Of a stretch of DNA of 64,000 bases, positions 1-12,059 are shown piece after piece. Under the pieces are notes generated by a model. It worked only from the letters and a program-made list of their open reading frames with translations, searched no databases and was not told the origin of the DNA. This DNA comes from Mobula hypostoma (lineage: Eukaryota), in assembly GCF_963921235.1 (NCBI RefSeq), contig NC_086107.1:115632001-115696000 (forward strand). The letters are read 5' to 3'. Within the stretch, counting starts at the first letter, position 1. Each line of letters opens with the position of its first letter. The position numbers and the translations under genes are program-made.

Positions 1-233
1 CCTCCTCCATTGTTTTCCTGATTTTTCGTCCGGTGTCGGTGCCGGTGCCGGAGCATCTGGAAGGACGTTTCGGCCTCTCCCGGCCTGGGTCTCTGCAAGT
101 CCGACGGAGCCTTTCCTGGCGCCGAGCCAGCGAGGAACTGTCGACTGCAAACTTTCCCGGCCAGTTATTCGACTCGCTCCAGGACTTCTAACTGGCACCG
201 CCGCAAAATTCTCGGACTGGAAAGAGCGCCAGC

Positions 234-2269
234 ATGCCGGACCGGTCTCCAGGGAGTCGCGGGCCTTCGGGGAGTTACGCAAGGGCGGCTGCCTCCCCGG
301 CCTCGGACAACGCCCTGTTTCGGTCGGTGAAGGTGGAACGTGGGGTGCAATGTATTTTGCGCCCTGGAATGACACTAGAAAAGTGTACGGAGGCAATGGA
401 GGACCTTGTGGGGAAAGGTGGTATTCTGGCCACCGAGAAGGAGTTCGGAAAGGCGGTGTTCTATCTGGTGAATGAAGAGCTAGTGCACCGGGCCCTAAGC
501 AGGGGAGTCACGGTGGACAACATCTTTTTACCTATGGAGCTGGTGACGGCCCCCACGCAACGTATCGTGCTTGGGCATGTTAAGCCTTTCATTCCAAATG
601 AGGACTTGCTTCCCCCACTGGCCCGTTTAGGGCAAGTAAAGTCGGAGATTACTGCCATCCGACACAAATTTAAGAGACGCACCCTCCGCACCGTAATCTC
701 TTTCCGGCGTCAGGTTTTCATGCAGCTGGAAAGGGAGGACGATGTTGAGGGCCGCTTTACTGTCCGGCACGAGGGAGTAGATTATCAGGTGTACTGGAGC
801 TCCGAGCGCCCACGGTGCCATGCGTGCAGGGAGGTGGGGCACTTTCGGAGGGACTGTCCTGCCGCCCGGAACCCGAGGGAGCCCACTTCGGGCACCAGTG
901 CCGCAGCTACCTCTGCCCCGATCCTACTCCTGCGCGTGCGCCTGCACCTGCATCTGATCCTGCCCCAGCCCCTCACCCTGCCCCTACCCCTACCCCTGTC
1001 CCTACTTCTACGGTTGGGTCGGTCCCTGCTCCTCTCCCTGTAGTTCAGGTGGGGGACGGGGTGGAGTCTGTGCGGAGTAAGAAGGCAAAGGGGAAATCCA
1101 AACATAGTAAGAAGCGGGCCTTTGAGGCCGCAGAGCTCACACCCATTTCGTCTGAAGTGGAGCGTGGGGCTCGGGGAGGTGCGCAAGCAGACGGGGCGAT
1201 GGAAACAGAAGGCGCCGCCCCATCGGTGAAGCCTGCACCTGTGTGCTCCTCCAGCGTGAAGAGGAGAAGGGAACGTTCCCGCAAGAGGGCAGGGGATGTA
1301 GATGCGGGGGAGTCCCAGGAAGGGGTGGGAATCCGGGTAGGGGTTGGTTCTAAACCTGAGTCCTCAGATGTAGCCACCAGTCCTGGGGTAGATGGTGTGG
1401 TTGTGCAAAAAGCTTGTGATAGGCCTGTTTGCGCAAATGAGGCAGCCCTGGAGGCCTCCACCCAGGACCTACAAGTCAGCGCCTCTCTGGAGGCCAGTGT
1501 ACCGAATAGTGTAAGAGGAGACGAGGCAAAGCTCTCTCATTCTCAGCACCAGGCGGCTTATGAATCCCTTGGACCAAAGGTGCCGGGTTCCCCTCTATGC
1601 CTGCCCCCTAGGGAGGACGATATTCTGTGCACATCGACCCCAGCAATAAATGACTTGCAGGGAGTCCCTGGGGATTGTCTCTCCACTGTCGCAAATGTGG
1701 ATGAGGCTGATGCGACGGTGGAGAAGGCAGGTAAGAGCGAGGTGCCCGCTGCGCGGTGTGGGTCGCAGGCGCAGCCATCTATTGGAACATGCGGGGAGGC
1801 CGATGGGGATTCTGTCTGCAGTGACGGGTTGGAGGGGGACTCTTTCGATAGTGAAACAATGGACATCCTCACCCCTCCTGAGAAATCCCCATTGATACCT
1901 GTAGAGGAAATTAAGCATTTCATTCTCACCTCTGAGGGTGCCAAGCACCGGCCTCAGCTAGCCTCGCTTCGCTGGCCCAGCATGCCGAGGCTGGTGAGGT
2001 CCCTGCGAGTCATCCTCAGACGAAAGGGAAAGGGAAAGAGGAATGCGGTGGTGGGGAACGACAGACGGCAACTAAAATCTTTCCTGGATGACCTAGTAAG
2101 GGACATCAGAGGGAGAAGCAGCCTCGCTCCTACGGGGGATGGTGGGTCACAGGGTGTTGCTGGTACCGCTCGAGCCCGGAAAGCAAAAGGTATCCTTGCT
2201 TTCTTTCCGGACAGTGTGGTGGAAGGCGCCTCCGCTCTCACCGAAATGGGCGCAGCTGCTGAGACCTAG
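234..2269 (+). pseudogene. Tx1 ORF1 (gag-like, zinc knuckle), split by one frameshift near 915-925
   Basis: ORF 234..1043 contains CHACREVGHFRRDC (CX2CX4HX4C). The Pro/Ala-rich linker continues in the frame of ORF 815..2269 (DPTPARAPAP...). Confidence 0.8.
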
Positions 2270-2281
2270 TGTGCTCCCGCC

Positions 2282-5200
2282 ATGAAGCTTACCATAGCTA
2301 GTCTCAATGTAAACGGCAGCAGGGGTCCTCTTCGCAGGCATAACAATCTCTCAGTCCTCAGGGATGGGCGGTATACGGTGAGTTTCCTGCAGGAAACCCA
2401 TACCATCCCTGGGGACGAGTCTGCTTGGCTCCTGGAGTGGCGGGGCGGGGTCTACATGAGCCACCTCAGCTCCATTTCTAGCGGGGTGGCGATCCTGTTG
2501 GCCCCGACCTTCCAGCCAGTAATTGAAAGAGTCCAAGACGTTGTGCCCGGCCGTCTGCTCCACCTGGTTGTGCGCCTGGATGGCGTACCATTGCATTTTA
2601 TCAATGTGTACGCTCCCAGGCGCGGTGTGATGCAGACGCGCCTATTCTGTCAGCTGTCCACCCTGCTGAGCTCCATCGATCCTGGGGACTGCGTCATCCT
2701 CGGGGGAGATTTCAATTGTACCCTCGAGGTGGAGGACCGTTCGGGCCTCCAACGCGACCCAGCATCAGCAAAAAAGTTAAAGGAGCTAGTCGGCTCCTTT
2801 GACTTGGTGGACAGCTGGCGGAATTTTCACCCCAACTCTAGCGCCTTCTCGAGAAGGTCTAGAGAAGGAGGTTCCAGGATAGACCGCATTTACATCTCTC
2901 GGGCCTACGCCTCCCGCGTGTCGGCGTCCTCCATGCGGCCAGTGTCGTGCTCGGATCATCACCTTGTGTGGATGGAATTTATTCCACTACACCCTCGGGT
3001 GGGATCCGGGTATTGGCATTTTAACAACCGGCTGCTGGAGGACAGCCGTTTCCGGGATTCGTTCCGAGCGTTCTGGGTCTCCTGGAAGGAGAGGCGGAGA
3101 GAGTTCTGCTCACTACGGCTATGGTGGGATGTGGGCAAAGCCCACATCCGGTTTTTATGTCGGGAGTACACTAGGGGGTCGACCAAAGGGCGGGGCTCTG
3201 AGATTGAGCGGCTTGAGAGAGCGTTGCTTGACCTGGAGTCCCGCCTCGGTCCGACCACTGGAGACCAGCAGCTGTGGCAGGAATACCAGGAGAAGAAGGA
3301 CGCACTAAGGGACTTGCAGCTTCAGCAGTCCCGAGGTGCGTACGTGAGGTCACGGATCCAAATGCTGCAGGATTTGGACCGTGGCTCACCCTTCTTCTAC
3401 TCGTTGGAGAGGTGGCGGGGAGTTCAAAAGCAGCTAGTGGAATTGCTGGCTGCTGATGGCTCCTCCATCACGGACCCTGATGGAATTAACAACGAGGTCC
3501 GTTCATTCTAGCGGTCCTTATTCTCGCCTGATCCGTCAAATGCGGAGGCGTGCAATGAGGTCTGGAAGGATTTGCCTAAGGTCAGTCCAGAGGATGCAGT
3601 GCGTCTGGATGCCCCCCTGACTCGGGAGGAGCTGTCCACTGCCCTTCGGCAACTCCGGAGGGGCAAGTCCCCTGGTTTGGATGGACTGAGTGTTGAGTTT
3701 TATCAGGCTTTTTGGGATGTCCTGGGGGATGATTACAGCCTTGTCCTAGGGGAGAGCCTAGCCACCGGAGAAATGCCCCTCTCATGGCGAAGAGCTGTTG
3801 TGGTCCTACTGCCCAAGAAGGGAGACCTCCGCCTGCTAAAGAACTGGCGGCCGGTCTCCCTCTTGTGCGCGGACTACAAGATCTTCGCCCGGGCAATGGC
3901 CAACCGTCTGGGTTCGGTAATTGGACAGGTGGTCCATCCTGACCAATCTTACACGGTCCCGGGCCGCTCCATCCAGGACAATGTCCACCTAGTACGGGAC
4001 CTGATCCACCTGCTCCAGGAGACTGGGACCCCGGCAGCGTTTCTTTCTCTTGACCAGGAGAAGGCGTTTGACCGGGTGGACCACAGTTTCCTGCTGGGCA
4101 CCCTGCAGGCTTTTGGGCTCGGACCACACTTTGTGGCCCGAGTTCGGCTCCTGTACTCTGCCGCAGAGTGCCTAGTTAAGATCAACGGATCACTGACAGG
4201 ACCTATCCACTTCCGAAGAGGAGTGCGTCAAGGGTGCCCCATGTCCGGTCAACTGTATGTGATCTGTGTCGAGCCATTCCTCGGCCTTCTTCGGTGAAGG
4301 CTGACAGGTCTGGTTCTGCGCGAACCGGACATGAGGGTCGTCCTCTCGGCCTACGCCGATGACGTACTCCTCATGATGACAGACCCCTGTGACCTGCGGA
4401 GGATGCGCGAGTGCCAAGATGTTTTCTCGGCGGCATCCTCCGCGAGGATCAACTGGGCGAAATGTTCCGGACTCTTAGTCGGCCAGTGGCAGGTGGACTC
4501 CCTGCCGGAGGAGATGAGAGCTTTTGAGTGGAGCACCAGACGCCTTCTCTATCTGGGAGTCTACCTGAGTCCTTCTGGGGAGACCTGGCTGGCGAACTGG
4601 CAGGACCTGGAGACAAAGGTCATGGCCCGGCTAGGGCGCTGGTCAGGCCTTCTCAGGGTGCTTTCCTATCGAGGCAGGGTGGTGGTCATAAACCAGCTGG
4701 TGGCCTCCATGTTGTGGTACCGGATGGTCACCTTGGCCCCCCCTGCCCCTTTTGTTGCGAGAATGCAGAGGAAGCTGGTGGACTTCTTCTGGGGAAACAG
4801 GAAACACTGGGTCTCTGCAGCGGTTCTGAGTCTCCCAGTAGGAGAGGGCGGACAGTCGCTGGTGTGTGTACGCACACGACTGGCGGCTCTCCGCCTCAGG
4901 ACTCTGCAGAGATTCTTGTACGCCGAGCGCCCTCCCAGGTGGCACGTGTTGGCGTCTTTCTTCCTCCGGAGGGGCTGCTGCCTTCACGAAGATATGCAGC
5001 TACCACCGGCAGGCGTCAGCCGTGCTGCTTTGCAGAGGCTGCCCGGCTTCTATCAGGACCTACTGAGAGTCTGGAACATGTTTGCCTCAGGCCGGGAATC
5101 CCCTCCTCTGGCAGAGGGTGGGGTCCTGGCCGACCCTTGCCCTGCCTCAGCGGATGTCGGTGCGGCTCAGGTGTGTGGATCGACTCAAGCTGAGCTGCTC

Positions 5201-5940
5201 GTCGGGCCCAGGCCCCGCAGCCTTACCCGAGAGACGAATCCACACAACTTGAGCCGTCTTTCATCGACACCCACAATCCCATTCAGGGATGCAGGCAGGA
5301 GGTACCTTTATGGGCTGCTGCTCCACACCCTCCACTTCCTAGCCTTTGTCCACCGTCCCGACACGCCATGGCGGTCGGTCTTTCCACCTGGAGGTGAGGG
5401 GGGTCCCCAATGGAAGTCCCTTTACAAGGGAGTCCTCCCCATGCACCTTGGGGATCTCGGCTGGAGGGTGCTGCATAAAGCGGTGCCCTGCAATAAGTTC
5501 TTCAGTCTGTACACGGATCTCCCAGCCGCGTGTCACTTCTGCTGGAGGAGACCGTGTACCACATGTACGTGGAGTGTGTGGGGCTGCAGCCCCTTTTCGC
5601 GTATTTGCGTGGGCTGCTTCTCGCCTTCTGGTTGCATTTCAGTCCCACCCTATTCATATATGGTCATCCAGTAAGGAGGGGGGCACAGAGGGATGAGGAT
5701 GTCCTTGTCAACTTGCTCCTGGGGCTGGCGAAAATTGCCATCCGTGGCTCCTGGAAAAGGGTGGCAGGAGGTTCTCCCCGGGCGGACTGCCTGGCTATGT
5801 TTAGGGGGTATGTTCGTGCCCGGGTGAACATTGAAAAGGAATACGCACAGTCCACGGCGACCGTAGAGGTGTTCCGGGACCGTTGGGCTCCGCGGGGTGT
5901 AAATGCCATCATTGATGAGGATGGCAATATATTGGTTTAA
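2282..5940 (+). pseudogene. Tx1 ORF2 (APE endonuclease, reverse transcriptase, zinc finger) with 2 in-frame stops and 1 frameshift
   Basis: APE motifs SLNVNG, LQETH, GGDFN, SRIDRIY, SDH. RT motifs KSPGLDG, WRPVSLL, LDQEKAFDRV, GVRQGCPMS, YADD. Zinc finger CHFC...EETVYH..EC. Stops at 3509-3511 (TAG) and 4295-4297 (TGA); frameshift near 5540. Confidence 0.9.
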
Positions 5941-6041
5941 GATGTATTGTCTGTTTGTAGTGTAGTAAATATGTTAGTCACTGGGTTTGTAAATATTGTA
6001 TAGCACCGACATTTGTAATAAAGAATTTTGTAAAAAAAAAA

Positions 6042-6921
6042 GGGTCAGACACAGAGTGAAGCTCCCTCCACACCGTCCCATCACACACTCCCGGGGTCAG
6101 ACACAGAGTGAATCTCCCTCCACACCGTCCCATCACACACTCCCGGGGTCAGACACAGAGTGAAGCTCCCTCCACACCGTCCCATCACACACTCCCGTGG
6201 TCAGACACAGAGTGAAGCTCCCTCCACACCGTCCCATCACACACTCCCGGGGTCAGACACAGAGTGAATCTCCCTCTACACCGTCCCATCACACACTCCC
6301 CGGGTCAGACACAGAGTGAATCACCCTCCACACCGTCCCATCACACACTCCCGGAGTCAGACACAGAGTGAATCTCCCTCCACACTGTCCCATCACACTC
6401 CCGGGGTCAGACACAGAGTGAATCTCCCTCCACACCGTCCCATCACACACTCCCGGGGTCAGACACAGAGTGAATCTCCCTCCACACTGTCCCATCACAC
6501 ACTCCCGGGGTCAGACACAGAGTGAAGCTCCCTCCACACCGTCCCATCACACACTCCCGGGGTCAGACACAGAGTGAATCTCCCTCCACACCGTCCCATC
6601 ACACACTCCCGGGGTCAGACACAGAGTGAATCTCCCTCCACACTGTCCCATCACACACTCCTGGGGTCAGACACAGAGTGAATCTCCCTCCACACCGTCC
6701 CATCACACACTCCCGGGGTCAGACACAGAGTGAAGCTCCCTCCACACCGTCCCATCACACACTCCCGGGGTCAGACACAGAGTGAATCTCCCTCCACACT
6801 GTCCCATCACACACTCCCGGGGTCAGACACAGAGTGAATCGCCCTCCACACTGTCCCATCACACACTCCCGGGGTCAGACACAGAGTGAATCTCCCTCCA
6901 CACCGTCCCATCACACACTCC
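6042..6921. repeat. 52-bp minisatellite (GGGGTCAGACACAGAGTGAATCTCCCTCCACACCGTCCCATCACACACTCCC)n, about 17 copies
   Basis: Direct tandem repeats; GTCAG recurs at 6044 and 6096. Confidence 0.97.
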
Positions 6922-6993
6922 TTGTGTCAAATTCTAAGTGAAGTTCCTCCTATACTGCCCCACCTTCACCCCTCCTCCTGCAATCTCTCCCAG

Positions 6994-7065
6994 ATTACGA
7001 GAAGATGGAATCCTCAGAGTACTCCAATGTGTCGGCCGAGGGCACAGTGCAGATGTCGGAGGAAG
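6994..7065 (+). CDS. Internal coding exon of an unidentified gene (72 nt, phase 1-1): (D)YEKMESSEYSNVSAEGTVQMSEE
   Basis: Polypyrimidine tract with ctctcccAG acceptor; AAG|GTAGGC donor; GC3-rich codons in this frame; joins the next exon in frame. Confidence 0.65.
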
Positions 7066-7227
7066 GTAGGCAAGCAGGCATCATGCTGATGAGGTGACCG
7101 TGGGAATGGGAAGTGGCAGGCAATCGTAGAGGCGAATTTACAGACAATGTCGAGTTGAGCATATCTTACAAGGAAAGGTCAAGTGAGCTCGGGCTTTTCA
7201 CTTTGGAACCTGGGGCCATGTCCAAAG

Positions 7228-7792
7228 ATAGAATATAGAACATAGAACAGTACAGCACAGTACAGGCCCTTCGGCCCACAATGTTGTGCTAACCCTCAAA
7301 CCCTGCCTCCTATATAACCCCCACCCCACCTTAAATTCCTCCATATACCTGTCTAGTAGTCTCTTAAATTTCACTAGTGTATCTGCCTCCACCACTGACT
7401 CAGGCAGTGCATTCCACGCACCAACCACTCTCTGAGTAAAAAACCTTCCTCTAATATCCCCCTTGAACTTCCCACCCCTTACCTTAAAGCCATGTCCTCT
7501 TGTATTGAGCAGTGGTGCCCTGGGGAAGAGGCGCTGGCTATCCACTCTATCTATTCCTCTTATTATCCTGTACACCTCTATCATGTCTCCTCTCATCCTC
7601 CCTCTCTCCAAAGAGTAAAGCCCTAGCTCCCTTAATCTCTGATCATAATCCATACTCTCTAAACCAGGCAGCATCCTGGTAAATCTCCTCTGTACCCTTT
7701 CCAATGCTTCCACATCTTCCTATAGTGAGGTGACCAGAACTGGACACAGTACTCCAAGTGTGACCTAACCAGAGTTTTATAGAGCTGCATCA
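7228..7792 (-). mobile_element. CR1 LINE 3' fragment
   Basis: ORF 7198..7713 gives the RT C-terminus (LERVQRRFTRMLPGL...RGDMIEVY...TRGH). CTATGTT-type tail. Near-identical to the reverse complement of 18024-18588. Confidence 0.9.
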
Positions 7793-8405
7793 TCAAAGAT
7801 GCCTCGAAGTTGCTGTGGAAGCTGATAGCGAGGTCAAGAAGGCATTGAGTTCAGGGTCTGCGAGGGTCAAGTGGTATCTTCATAAATGTCTGGTTAATCC
7901 ACATTTGGAATTCTGTTTCCGTTCTCATCTGTTCTTTATAAGGAGACAAAGAGAGGGGTCGAGAGGGAGGGAGAAGGGTAACAAAGGGGTGGGGGCTGTG
8001 AGAGATGGGAGGGGGAATTGGGTGATGAAAGGAAGTGGGTGAGGGCAGAGGAGGGAGGGGGATGAAGAGAGGGGAGGGGTGAGATGGAGGAAGAGGTGAG
8101 GGGAAGAGGGAGGGAGAGGAGGAGGGGAGAGAAGAGTGGGCAGGAGGTGAGGGGAAGATGCGGTGAGGGCAGAGGGAGTGAGAGAGGGGGAGAAGCAAAG
8201 GATGAGGGGACGGTAGTGAGAGGGGGAGGAGAGGAGGGGAGGGGAGGAATTGAGAGGGTAGAGGGGGGAGAATTTCAGTCGCATAGGATGAGGAAGGGGT
8301 GAGAGACAGAGAGGAGCGAGTGGAGGGAGGAGGGAGGGCAGAGTGGAGGGGGTGAGGGAAGGTAAGGACACAGAGGGGACCTGACAGACGGGGGTCTCTC
8401 TGCAG

Positions 8406-8486
8406 AAGCGCTGAGGATGGAGAGATGTCGCCTCCTGTTCCTGAGCAAGTTCAAGGGTAGAACCACCGGCAACAGCAGGCTGGCTG
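8406..8486 (+). CDS. Internal coding exon of the same unidentified gene (81 nt, phase 1-1): (E)ALRMERCRLLFLSKFKGRTTGNSRLA
   Basis: ctctctgcAG acceptor; CTG|GTGAGT donor; complex-sequence island within G/A-rich DNA; the other two frames contain stops. Confidence 0.7.
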
Positions 8487-8489
8487 GTG

Positions 8490-10560
8490 AGTGTGGGGAG
8501 GGGCGAGGGGGAGGAGAGGAAAGAGGGGAGGGGAGGGGAGAGGAGAGAGGGGAGGGGAGGGGGAGGAGAGGAAAGGGGAGGGGGAGGAGAGAGGGGAGGG
8601 GGAGAGGAGAGGAGGGGAGAGGGGAGGGGGGAGGAGAGGAGAGCGGGGAGAGGAGACGGGAGAGCGGAGAGGAGGGGAGGGGCGAGGGGGAGGAGAGGAA
8701 AGGGGGAGGGGAGGGGGAGGGGAGAGGAGAGGAGGGGAGGGGCGAGGGGGAGGAGAGGAAAGGGGGAGGGGGAGGGGAGAGGGGAGGGGAGGGGAGAAGA
8801 GAGGAAAGAGGGGAGGGGGAGAGGAGTGGAGAGGGGGAGAGGAGACGGGAGAGCGGAGAGGAGGGGAGGGGCGAGGGGGAGGAGAGGAAAGAGGGAGGGG
8901 GAGGGGGAGAGGAGAGGGGAGGGGGAGAGGAGAGGAGGGGAGAGGGGAGGGGGGGAGGGGAGAGGGGAGGGGGAGAGGAGGGGAGAGGGGAGGGGGAGGA
9001 GAGGAAAGAGGGGAGGGGGAGGAGAGGAAAGAGGGGAGGAGAGGAAAGAGGGGAGGGGGAGAGGAGTGGAGAGCGGGGAGAGGAGACGGGAGAGCGGAGA
9101 GGAGGGGAGGGGCGAGGGGGAGGAGAGGAAAGGGGGAGGGGGGGAGGGGAGGGGGAGGAGGGGAGAGGGGAGGGGGAGGGGAGAGGGGAGGGAGAGGGGG
9201 AGGGGGAGGGGAGAGGGGGGGGGGAGAGGAGGGGAGGGGGGGAGGGGAGGGGAGGGGGGGGGAGGGGAGGGGGGAGGAGAGGAAAGAGGGGAGGGGGAGA
9301 GGAGTGGAGAGCGGGGAGAGGAGACGGGAGAGCGGAGAGGAGGGGAGGGGCGAGGGGGAGGAGAGGAAAGGGAGAGGGGGAGGGGAGGGGGAGGGGGAGA
9401 GGAGAGGAGGGGAGGGGCGAGGGGGAGGAGAGGAAAGGGGGAGGGGGAGAGGAGGGGAGAGGTGAGAGGGGAGGGGTGGGGCGAGGTGAGAGGGGAGAGG
9501 GGATGGGAGGGGCGAGGGGGAGGAGAGGAAAGAGGGGAGGGGGAGAGGAGTGGAGAGGGGGAGAGGAGAGGAGGGGAGGGGGGAGGGGAGAGGGGGGAGG
9601 AGAGGAAAGAGGGGAGGGGGAGAGGAGGGGAGGGGGAGGGGAGAGGGGACAGAGGAGGGGAGGGGCGAAGGGGGGGGAGAGAAAAGAGGGGAGGGGAAAG
9701 GAGAGGAGGGGAGAGGGGGAGGAGAGGAGAGGGGGAGAGGAGACGAGGAGAGGGGAGAGGGGAGAGGAGGGGAGGGGTGAGGGGGAGGAGAGGAAAGAGG
9801 GGAGGGGGAGGGGCGAGGGGGAGGAGAGGAAAGAGGGGAGGGGGAGAGGAGAGGAGGGGAGAGGGGAGAGGAGAGGAGAGGGGGAGAGGAGACGAGGAGA
9901 GGGGAGAGGGGGAGGAGAGGAGAGGGGAGAGGGCGAGTGAAAGAGTGAGGGGAGAGAGATAGGTAAAGGGTGAAGAGGGAGGGGAGGGAGAGGGAGGATG
10001 AGGAGCGAAGAGGAGGGAGGGAAGTGAGACAGAGGGCGAGGCGGAAATGCGGAGGGAGGGAGAGTGAAATAGACTGAGGGGGAGTGGGGAAAGGTGACGG
10101 GGGATGAGAGGGTGAGAGTGGGAAGTGGGCTGGAGGAAGGGAAGGTGAGGGAGAGAGTACGCAAAGGGAAGGAGTGCACAGGGGGATGGAATAGGGAAAA
10201 AAGTTGAGGGAGAGAGAAGGGAGAGCAGGATAGGAAAGAGAGGGAGGTGAAAGGAGGAGGGAGGGGACGGAGGGGACGGAGGGGACAGCAGTGAGGAGAG
10301 GGAGTGTGTGGGGGGAGGGAGAGGGAGACACGGAGATTTGGACGAAGTGGAGAGGATAATGGATGAGAAGGGGAGGGTGTCAGAAGGGGAGTGGATGGAG
10401 GGAGAATGGGGAGGGGAGAGGGAAGAGGGAAGGGGTGATGGAGGGCAAGAGGAAGTGATAACAAGGAGGGGTAAATGGAGGATGGGGAACTATGGAATAA
10501 GAGAAGGGTGAAGAGTCAAATGGAGGGAGGAGAGTGAGGGGAAAAGTGAGGAGATGGACA
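8490..10560. repeat. Polypurine (G/A) low-complexity tract with internal block duplications
   Basis: Almost only G and A on the + strand from 8490 to about 9950; recurring blocks such as GGAGAGGAGACGGGAGAGCGGAGAGG. Confidence 0.95.
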
Positions 10561-10652
10561 GAGGGATACAGATGAATGGGGTGGGGGTGTTTGAGAGAGA
10601 CTGACAGGACACAGCTCCCCACCTCCTGATACCCCTGTCCCTGTGTTTGCAG

Positions 10653-10684
10653 ATGTTGTGGTCGCCCTGAGGAACCCACGCTGA
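10653..10684 (+). CDS. Terminal coding exon of the unidentified gene: (D)VVVALRNPR*
   Basis: cctgtgtttgcAG acceptor; phase-1 join to the preceding exon; TGA at 10682-10684; candidate ATTAAA at 11510-11515. Confidence 0.6.
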
Positions 10685-10759
10685 ACCCAGAGACACATCT
10701 CGATTTCCCTGGTCCCAATCTTCCTCCCCGTCTCCATGACACCCTCTCTCCCTTACACC

Positions 10760-11400
10760 CTCCCCTGTCTCTGTCACCCCCTCCCCATCTCTGTCACCCC
10801 CTCCCCCATCTCTGTCACCCCCTCCCCTGTCACCCGCTCCCTCCCCCAATCTGTCACCCCCTCCCTCCCCCAATTTGTCACCCCCTCCCTCCCCATCTGT
10901 CACCCCCTCCCTCCCCCATCTGTCACCCGTTCCCTCCCCCATCTGTCACCCGTTCCCTCCCCCATCTGTCACCCCACCCCATCTCTGCCACCCCACCCCA
11001 TCTCTGCCACCCCTTCCCCTATCTGTCACCCCCCTCCCCGTCTCTGTCACCCCCCTCCCCGTCTCTGTCACCCCCCTCCCCGTCTCTGTCACCCCTCCCC
11101 CATCTCTGTCACCTGCTCCCTCCCCGATCTGTCACCCCCTCCCTCCCCCAATCTGTCACCCCCTCCCCCAATCTGTCACCCCTCCCCATCTCTGTCACCC
11201 CTCCCCATCTCTGTCACCCCCCTCCCCGTCTCTGTCACCCCTCCCCCATCTCTGTCACCCCACCCCTATCTGTCACCCGCTCCCTCCCCGTCTCTGTCAC
11301 CCCTCCCCCATCTCTGTCACCCCCTCCCCTATCTGTCACCCGCTCCCTCCCCCGATCTGTCACCCCCTCTCTCCCCCAATCTGTCACCACCCTCCCCTAC
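10760..11400. repeat. ~20-bp C-rich minisatellite (TCTGTCACCCCCTCCCC..)n
   Basis: Tandem repeats seen directly; lies in the putative 3'UTR. Confidence 0.9.
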
Positions 11401-11549
11401 ATCCCTCCCCCTCCCTCCGCTTCACCCCTCCCTCCGTTTCACCCCGCCTTTATTTTTTCATCACTCTCTCCGTTTGAATTATGTGAACATTTCTCTGGAT
11501 ATTTACAATATTAAATGTTACACAAAGTGATGTCTCTCGTGTTCAGATG

Positions 11550-11990
11550 GAACGGTGGGGGTGGGTCCCATTGGGGGTGAATGGGTTGGGGGTGGGTCGC
11601 ATTGGGGGTGAATGGGATGGGGGTGGGTCCCATTGGGGATGAATGGGATGGGGAGGGGTCCCATTGAGGGTGAATGGGGTGGGGTGGGTCCTATTGGGGG
11701 TGAATGGGGTGGGGTGGGTCCCATTGGGGGTGAATGGGGTGGGTGTGGGTCCCATTGAGTGTGGAGGGGTGGAGAGGGGTCCAATTGGGGGTGAATTGGG
11801 TGGGGGTGGGTCCCATTGGGGGTGAATGGGATGGGGAGGGGTCCCATTGAGGGTGAATGGGGTGGGGGTGGGTCCCATTGAGGGTGAATGGGGTGGGGAG
11901 GGGTCCTATTGGGGGTGAATGGTATTGGGTGGGGGTGAATGGGATGGGGGGGTCCCATTGGGGGTGAGTGGGCAGGGATGGGAGTGTGCA
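11550..11990. repeat. ~30-bp G-rich minisatellite (GGGTCCCATTGGGGGTGAATGGGGTG..)n
   Basis: Tandem repeats seen directly. Confidence 0.9.
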
Positions 11991-12059
11991 GGCGGTGCGG
12001 ATGAATCAGAGGGAGTGGGGTCCCATTGGGAGTGCGGACAGTGGGGGTGAATGGGAAGG

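Larger units (their letters stand above)
1..6041 (+). mobile_element. Tx1-clade (L1 group) non-LTR retrotransposon, near full length, disabled
   Basis: ORF1 with CCHC zinc knuckle, then ORF2 with APE, RT and C-terminal zinc finger. Short AT-rich 3'UTR with AATAAA near 6018 and an A10 tail at 6032-6041. The 5' end may lie outside the window. Confidence 0.92.

Noticed and set aside
234..2269. Programmed ribosomal frameshift in Tx1 ORF1
   Set aside because: No slippery heptamer seen; a single-base indel in a C-run is simpler, and other lesions are present.
6042..6921. CRISPR-like array (also considered for 63544-64000)
   Set aside because: Head-to-tail repeats without unique spacers, no cas genes, and a vertebrate context.
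6994..8460. Alternative frames for the unidentified exons (ITRRWNP.. or LREDGIL..)
   Set aside because: Both stop in the second exon and have poor GC3 codon bias; the phase-1 frame is preferred but unproven.
8275..10464. Long P/S/L-rich and G/E/R-rich ORFs
   Set aside because: They come from the polypurine tract; only 8406-8486 has exon features.
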